A stretch of DNA of 23,235 bases from a candidate division WOR-3 bacterium. GTDB lineage: Bacteria; Hydrothermota; Hydrothermia; Hydrothermales; Hydrothermaceae. This document shows, in pieces, positions 16,558-23,235 of the stretch (within the stretch, counting starts at the first letter, position 1; each line of letters opens with the position of its first letter). The stretch spans positions 1-23,235 of the forward strand of contig JBDRZD010000030.1 in NCBI GenBank assembly GCA_039803745.1, in the 5' to 3' direction. A model generated the notes under the pieces. The model saw nothing but the letters and a program-made list of their open reading frames with translations, was not told the origin of the DNA and did no database searches. A program made the translations under genes and the position numbers.

Positions 16558-17117
16558 TGGAAGAAGTTAGGGAATTTATAAGAGAAAAGATTGAGAAAAA
16601 GAAAAGAGAAATAAAGGAAGAGGCTGAAAAGGAAAGAATAAGGCTTTTGAATGAATTTGAAGAGGAAAAAGAGAGGATTTTAAAAGAAGCAAAAAAAGAG
16701 ATAGAGGAAATTTTGAAGATTGAAGAGATAAAAAGAATTACAGAAGTTCAAAGAGAAAATTTAGACAAAATTTTAAGAAAAAGAGACGAAATTTTTGAAG
16801 ATATTTTAAAAACTTTGGAAAGGGAAAAGGAAAAAATAAAATGGGATGACATTCTTATAAATTTTTTTCATGAGGCAGTTAAAAGATTTGGTGAAAAAGA
16901 TGGAATTGTTAGAGTAAATGAAAAATTTTATAAAATCATAAAGGAGCAAATTGATAAAGATAATTTAAAATTTAAAGTAATTAAAGATGAGGTAGAGGAA
17001 GGAGTTATTTTGGAAAGGGAGGATGGAAGAATAAGGGTTTATAATACCTTTTCTTCAAGAATTGATAGGGCAAAAGATTATATATATGAAATTTTAAAAA
17101 AGGAGTTAGATGTCTGA
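16557..17117 (+). CDS. ntpE: V/A-type ATP synthase subunit E
   Basis: N-terminal coiled coil and C-terminal GVIL...DGRIRVYNTF..R. I prefer the ATG at 16557 (TGATG overlap) over the TTG at 16554. Confidence 0.9.
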   Translation: MEEVREFIREKIEKKKREIKEEAEKERIRLLNEFEEEKERILKEAKKEIEEILKIEEIKRITEVQRENLDKILRKRDEIFEDILKTLEREKEKIKWDDILINFFHEAVKRFGEKDGIVRVNEKFYKIIKEQIDKDNLKFKVIKDEVEEGVILEREDGRIRVYNTFSSRIDRAKDYIYEILKKELDV

Positions 17118-18128
17118 GGATATAGGTTATATAAATGCAAGATTAAGGGGAATGAAGAGTTTTCTTTTGCCCCCTGATAAATATGAAGAAATTTTAAATA
17201 AAAATACTCTTTCTGAATTTGTTGACTCCTTAAAGGATACTCCTTATAGGGATTTTCTTCCCCCTTCTTATCCAGAGCCCTCTTTAAAAGAAGTTCTTGA
17301 TGGAATAAATTCAGAAGCTATAAATTCTTTTAATAAAATAATTAAATTTTCGGAAGGAAAAGCAGGGAAGTTGATTTCTTTTGTTTTACAGAGATTTACT
17401 CTTGCAAATATAAGGGCAATAATAAGGGGAAAAATGAAAAGAATCCCTGAAGAGGAAATTAAAGAAGCTCTTTTACCAATTTATCCTCTTGATGCTCCAA
17501 AAATAGATGAACTTTTAAAAAAGGAAAGTGCCTTTGATGTTATGAAACTCATAATCACATGGAGAATAAGTTTGCCCTTTCCCTTAACCAGGAATATTTT
17601 AAAAATGTTAAAAGAGGAAAAATTAAAGGAAGTAGAATATGAGATTGAAAAAAGCTTCTTTGAAAATGTTTTAAAAGAAATCGGTTATTCATGGGATGAT
17701 AAAATAATAGAGCATATTTTAAGATCATGGATAGATATAAGAAATATAATTGGTTCTCTTTTACTTTTAAAATACAATATAAGACCTTCGGGAAAAATTG
17801 AATATTTAAAAGGGGGTTATGTATCTGAAAGAATCCTTAAAAAACTTTCTGAATGTGAAAATCTTTCTGATGGATTAAATATTCTCTCTTCAACTCGTTA
17901 TAAAAAAATATTCGGTGATGGAGTTGATATATCTATTTTTGAAAGAAGATTTGAAGAATCTTTAACCAACTGGGCAATTCAAGGATTCATTAAAGATCCC
18001 CTTTCAATTTATGTGCCTGTTGCTTATATTTTTTCAAAATATAATGAACTTGTTAATTTGAGAATTATAGTTTATGGAATTGATCAAAATATTTCTCCTT
18101 TTGAAATTAAAAAATATATTTTTATAAA

Positions 18129-18132
<4 letters not shown>
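17110..18132 (+). CDS. ntpC: V/A-type ATP synthase subunit C (d)
   Basis: GYINARLRGMKS.LL, L.DTPY, N.RAIIRGK, ID.RNI and DPLS...KYNELVNLRII motifs. Confidence 0.93.
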
Positions 18133-19916
<1,784 letters not shown>

Positions 19917-19918
<2 letters not shown>

Positions 19919-19926
19919 GGAGGTGA
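19917..19926 (+). promoter_or_regulatory. Strong Shine-Dalgarno AAGGAGGTGA overlapping the guaB stop
   Basis: Full anti-SD complement ending 4 nt before the ATG at 19931. Confidence 0.8.
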
Positions 19927-19930
19927 TATT

Positions 19931-21148
19931 ATGTATGAAGAAAGAATAAAAAATGCAATAGAGCATTTTGAGAAAATAATAAGAGAGCAGATAGAAAGGG
20001 TTGAGAAGATGAAAAAGGGAGAGGATTGGGTAGATTATAAAAAATTAAAGCCGATAATAATAGGGATAGCAGGTGGTGATGGAATTGGTCCTTATATATG
20101 CAAAGAAGCAGAAAGGGTCCTTAAATTCCTTTTGAAAGATGAAGAAAAAGAAAAGAAAGTAGTTTTTAAGAATATAGAGGGGCTTACAATAGAAAACAGA
20201 GCAAGGGTTTTGAAAGCGATACCTGATGATGTCCTTGAGGAGATTAAAAAATGTCATGTAATTCTAAAAGGACCAACAACAACACCAAAAGCAGGTGATC
20301 CATGGCCAAATATTGAGAGTGCAAATGTTGCAATGAGAAGGGAACTTGACCTTTTTGCAAATGTAAGACCTGTAAGGGTTCCAGATGAAGGGATTGACTG
20401 GATATTTTTCAGGGAAAATACAGAGGATTTATATGTTCTTGGAAGTAAAGGAATAAATGTAACAGATGATGTTGCAATAGATTTCAAAGTTATAACAACT
20501 CAAGGAAGTGAAAGGATTATAAGGCTTGCTTTTGAATATGCCAGAAAAAATAATAAAAAGAGAGTAACAGCAGTTACAAAGGCGAATGTTGTTAAAACAA
20601 CTGATGGGAAATTCTTAAAAATTTTCTATGAAATAGCAAAGGAATACCCTGAAATAAATGCCGATGATTGGTTTATTGACATAATGACTGCAAAATTAAT
20701 AGATAAAAAAAGAAGGACGGAATTTCAAGTTTTTGTTATGCCAAATTTATACGGTGATATTTTAACAGATGAAGCAGCAGAATTTCAGGGTGGAGTTGGA
20801 ACTGCTGGAAGTGCGAATATTGGTAAAAGATATGCAATGTTTGAAGCAATTCATGGAAGTGCCCCAAGAATGGTTCAGGAAGGAAGAGCAATTTATGCTG
20901 ATCCGAGTAGTATTTTGAGGGCATCAGCAATGCTTTTAAGACATATAGGTTATGAAGAGAAGGGTGAAAGATTAGATATGGCACTTGATATATGCGGTCA
21001 ATTTGAAAGAAAATTGGTAATAACAGGAAGAAAGGATGGAGCAACAGGTGAGGAATTTGCAAATTATGTAATGGAAGTTTTAGAAAGAAAGGATTTAAAA
21101 GAAATGTGGGAAAATTATCAAAAAGAATATTTTAAAAAGGAGGGATAA
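19931..21148 (+). CDS. Isocitrate/isopropylmalate dehydrogenase family enzyme, probably isocitrate (or homoisocitrate) dehydrogenase
   Basis: GDGIGP, LKGPTTTP, SANVAMRRELDLFANVRP, FRENTEDLY, TKAN, NLYGDILTD and FEAIHGSAP motifs. Confidence 0.85.
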   Translation: MYEERIKNAIEHFEKIIREQIERVEKMKKGEDWVDYKKLKPIIIGIAGGDGIGPYICKEAERVLKFLLKDEEKEKKVVFKNIEGLTIENRARVLKAIPDDVLEEIKKCHVILKGPTTTPKAGDPWPNIESANVAMRRELDLFANVRPVRVPDEGIDWIFFRENTEDLYVLGSKGINVTDDVAIDFKVITTQGSERIIRLAFEYARKNNKKRVTAVTKANVVKTTDGKFLKIFYEIAKEYPEINADDWFIDIMTAKLIDKKRRTEFQVFVMPNLYGDILTDEAAEFQGGVGTAGSANIGKRYAMFEAIHGSAPRMVQEGRAIYADPSSILRASAMLLRHIGYEEKGERLDMALDICGQFERKLVITGRKDGATGEEFANYVMEVLERKDLKEMWENYQKEYFKKEG

Positions 21149-22237
21149 ATGGCTGAAATGGTATATGTAGGTGTTGAAAATCTTAAAGAGTTTGTCTCTG
21201 GAATATTCAGAAAAATGGGTGTTAAAAAGAAATATGCTGATATAACTGCTGATGTTCTTGTTTCTGCTGATAGAAGGGGAATAGGTTCACACGGTGTTCA
21301 GAGACTTAAAAGATATGTGGATGATATAAAGAATGGAAGAATTTTACCAAATAATCCTCCAAAGATTATAAAAGAGACACCTGTTTCACTCCTTGTTGAT
21401 GGTCAGGCAGGACTTGGACAGGTTATAGGATACCTTGTTATGGAAAAAGTTATTAAAAAGGCAAAGAAAAAGGGGGTATGTTTTGCAGCAGTTAAAAATT
21501 CAAACCATTATGGAATTGCTGGTTATTATGCAATGATGGCTCTTCCCCATAATTTAATAGGAATTTCAACAACAAATTCTGATGTTCTTGTTGTTCCAAC
21601 ATTTGCAAAGGATATGGTTATTGGAACAAACCCTTTATCTGTGGCAGTTCCTGCAGGAAATGAAAAGCCATGGGTTTTAGATATGGCGACATCAACAGTT
21701 CCAAGAGGGAAGGTGGAAATTTATGCAAGGATGGAAAAGAAGATGCCACTTGTATGGGCAACTGATGAAAATGGAAATCCAACAGAGGATGCAAAAAGGG
21801 TTGTTTTAAATTTAAAGGAAAAAAGAGGTGGAGGACTTTTACCTCTTGGTGGAGCAGAGGAGGAAACAGGTGGACATAAGGGATATAATCTTTCAGTCCT
21901 TGTTGATATTTTATCGGGTGTTCTCTCAGGAGGTGCATACGGTCTTTATGTTTATAAAGAGAAGCATCCAAATGTTTGCCACTTCTTTGGAGCAATTGAC
22001 CCTGAAATATTCATAGGGCTTGATGAATTAAAGAAAAAGATGGATGATTATATAAGAATGCTGAAAAATGCACCAAAAAGAGAAGGAAAAACAAGGATTT
22101 ATGTTGCAGGTGAAAAGGAATATGAAAAAGAAGAAGAATATAAAGAAAAAGTTCCAATCTTAAAAAATGTTTATGATGAAATAACAAATATTGCAAAGGA
22201 AGTTAAATACAAAGGTGAATTAAAAATTTTAGGATAA
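21149..22237 (+). CDS. Ldh_2 family (type-2 malate/L-lactate/L-sulfolactate) dehydrogenase
   Basis: AD.RG..SHG..RL, NSNHYGIAGYY, GTNP, LDMATS, LLPLGG...GGHKGY and HFF.AIDP motifs. Confidence 0.92.
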   Translation: MAEMVYVGVENLKEFVSGIFRKMGVKKKYADITADVLVSADRRGIGSHGVQRLKRYVDDIKNGRILPNNPPKIIKETPVSLLVDGQAGLGQVIGYLVMEKVIKKAKKKGVCFAAVKNSNHYGIAGYYAMMALPHNLIGISTTNSDVLVVPTFAKDMVIGTNPLSVAVPAGNEKPWVLDMATSTVPRGKVEIYARMEKKMPLVWATDENGNPTEDAKRVVLNLKEKRGGGLLPLGGAEEETGGHKGYNLSVLVDILSGVLSGGAYGLYVYKEKHPNVCHFFGAIDPEIFIGLDELKKKMDDYIRMLKNAPKREGKTRIYVAGEKEYEKEEEYKEKVPILKNVYDEITNIAKEVKYKGELKILG

Positions 22238-22244
22238 AACCAAA

Positions 22245-23235
22245 ATAAAAAGATATCTCTTTCTTGATTTATTAAAGGCAATTGCCTTAATTGAAATGAT
22301 TCATGGGCATACACTTGATGCCCTTCTTTCTTTTTCTCAAAAATCTTCTCATTTCTGGATTTTCTGGCAGAATATAAGGGGTTTTACTGCTCCACTTTTC
22401 CTTTTTGCCTCAGGTATTGCTTTTTCGATTTCCACTTTAAAAAGAAAAGAATACTTTTATATTTCAAAAAAACTTTTAGATAGGATAAGAAGAATATTTT
22501 TTATAATAATGCTTGGCTATGCTTTGCATTTGCCATATTTTTCCTTAAGAAAGATTCTTTTTGATTTAAATTTTTCTGATTTAAACAATTTTTTTAATTT
22601 TGATATACTCCAATGCATAGGTATAAGCATTTTAATCCTTCAAATTTTTTATTTTATTTCGAAAGATGAAAAAATTTTTTTAAAACTTGTTTCTTTTCTT
22701 ACAATTTCATTTTTCTTTTTAACAATTTATGTTTCAAAAAATAATTTAAATTTGCCCCTTTTCCTTTTAAAATTTTTTAAAAATTCTCTATTCCCTTTAA
22801 CTCCTTTTTCTATTTACCTTTTTTCAGGATGTATTCTTGGATATTTTTTTCTTTCCTATAAAAATCAAAATATCTTCTTTTTCTTTTCTTTATTCTCTTT
22901 CCTCATATTTTTAATCTTTAAAATCTTTTCATTTAAACTTGATATCATATTTTTAAGAATTTCTGTTCTTTCTTTTATCTCCTTTTTACTTTTTTATCTT
23001 GAAAATAGCAAAGCCAATTTTTTGAAAATTCTGCAAATTTTTGGTAAGGAATCTCTTATTGTCTATTTCTGGCATCTTCCAGTTGTTTATGGATGGGTTC
23101 TTAACAAAGGTTTAAGGCACTACTTTTCAGGTAAATTAAGTTTTTCAGAAGTTTATTTAATCTTTCTTTTAATTTTAATTTTCTTTTTCCTTTTCACCAT
23201 TTTCATAAATCACTTAAAAGAGAAAAACAAAGAAA
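22245..23235 (+). CDS. DUF1624/heparan-alpha-glucosaminide N-acetyltransferase-like membrane acyltransferase; runs off the window edge; start codon uncertain (ATA 22245 proposed)
   Basis: Not in the ORF track. The frame is open from 22233 to the end: RYLFLDLLKAIALIEMIHGH, TAPLFLFASG, FDILQCIG, SLFPL.P...Y...G and FGKESL.VY.WHL. Confidence 0.8.
   Translation, partial: MKRYLFLDLLKAIALIEMIHGHTLDALLSFSQKSSHFWIFWQNIRGFTAPLFLFASGIAFSISTLKRKEYFYISKKLLDRIRRIFFIIMLGYALHLPYFSLRKILFDLNFSDLNNFFNFDILQCIGISILILQIFYFISKDEKIFLKLVSFLTISFFFLTIYVSKNNLNLPLFLLKFFKNSLFPLTPFSIYLFSGCILGYFFLSYKNQNIFFFFSLFSFLIFLIFKIFSFKLDIIFLRISVLSFISFLLFYLENSKANFLKILQIFGKESLIVYFWHLPVVYGWVLNKGLRHYFSGKLSFSEVYLIFLLILIFFFLFTIFINHLKEKNKE

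Noticed and set aside
22220..22240. +1 frameshift fusing the Ldh_2 enzyme to the acyltransferase
   Set aside because: Formally possible at GGA-TAA, but there is no known shifty signal or functional rationale; an ATA start or point mutation is simpler.

Overview
Very AT-rich, gene-dense bacterial chromosomal segment with Lys/Glu/Ile-rich proteins, consistent with an anaerobic thermophile. The taxon cannot be fixed from sequence alone; a WOR-3-like or similar deep-branching lineage is only a guess. Two divergent gene strings flank a 164-bp intergenic region (8552-8715). Minus strand: glnA, korA, korB, ddl, a DASS/SLC13 transporter, rpe, a DUF4015 putative glycoside hydrolase, a DUF1175 (YfaT-like) protein and the start of a possible YfaS/alpha-2-macroglobulin-like gene. 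Plus strand: a TPR/Zn-finger membrane protein, a DUF4388 protein, DUF72, manC, suhB, V/A-ATPase subunits G-I-K-E-C-F (no A, B or D), guaB, an isocitrate-dehydrogenase-family gene, an Ldh_2-family dehydrogenase and a DUF1624/HGSNAT-like acyltransferase running off the end. I found no rRNA, tRNA, CRISPR array or mobile element. Most of the window is housekeeping. The most notable observations are: (1) a V/A-ATPase operon without its catalytic head genes, running directly into guaB; (2) a diverged 34-bp duplication of the RBS and start of the DUF4388 gene, creating a 24-codon upstream ORF; (3) three sigma70-type promoters almost touching SD-less start codons, suggesting leaderless mRNAs; (4) very short hydrophobic N-termini on several presumably exported proteins; (5) an uncharacterised TPR/Zn-finger plus DUF4388 membrane pair; (6) a last gene with no canonical start codon before its conserved N-terminal motif.
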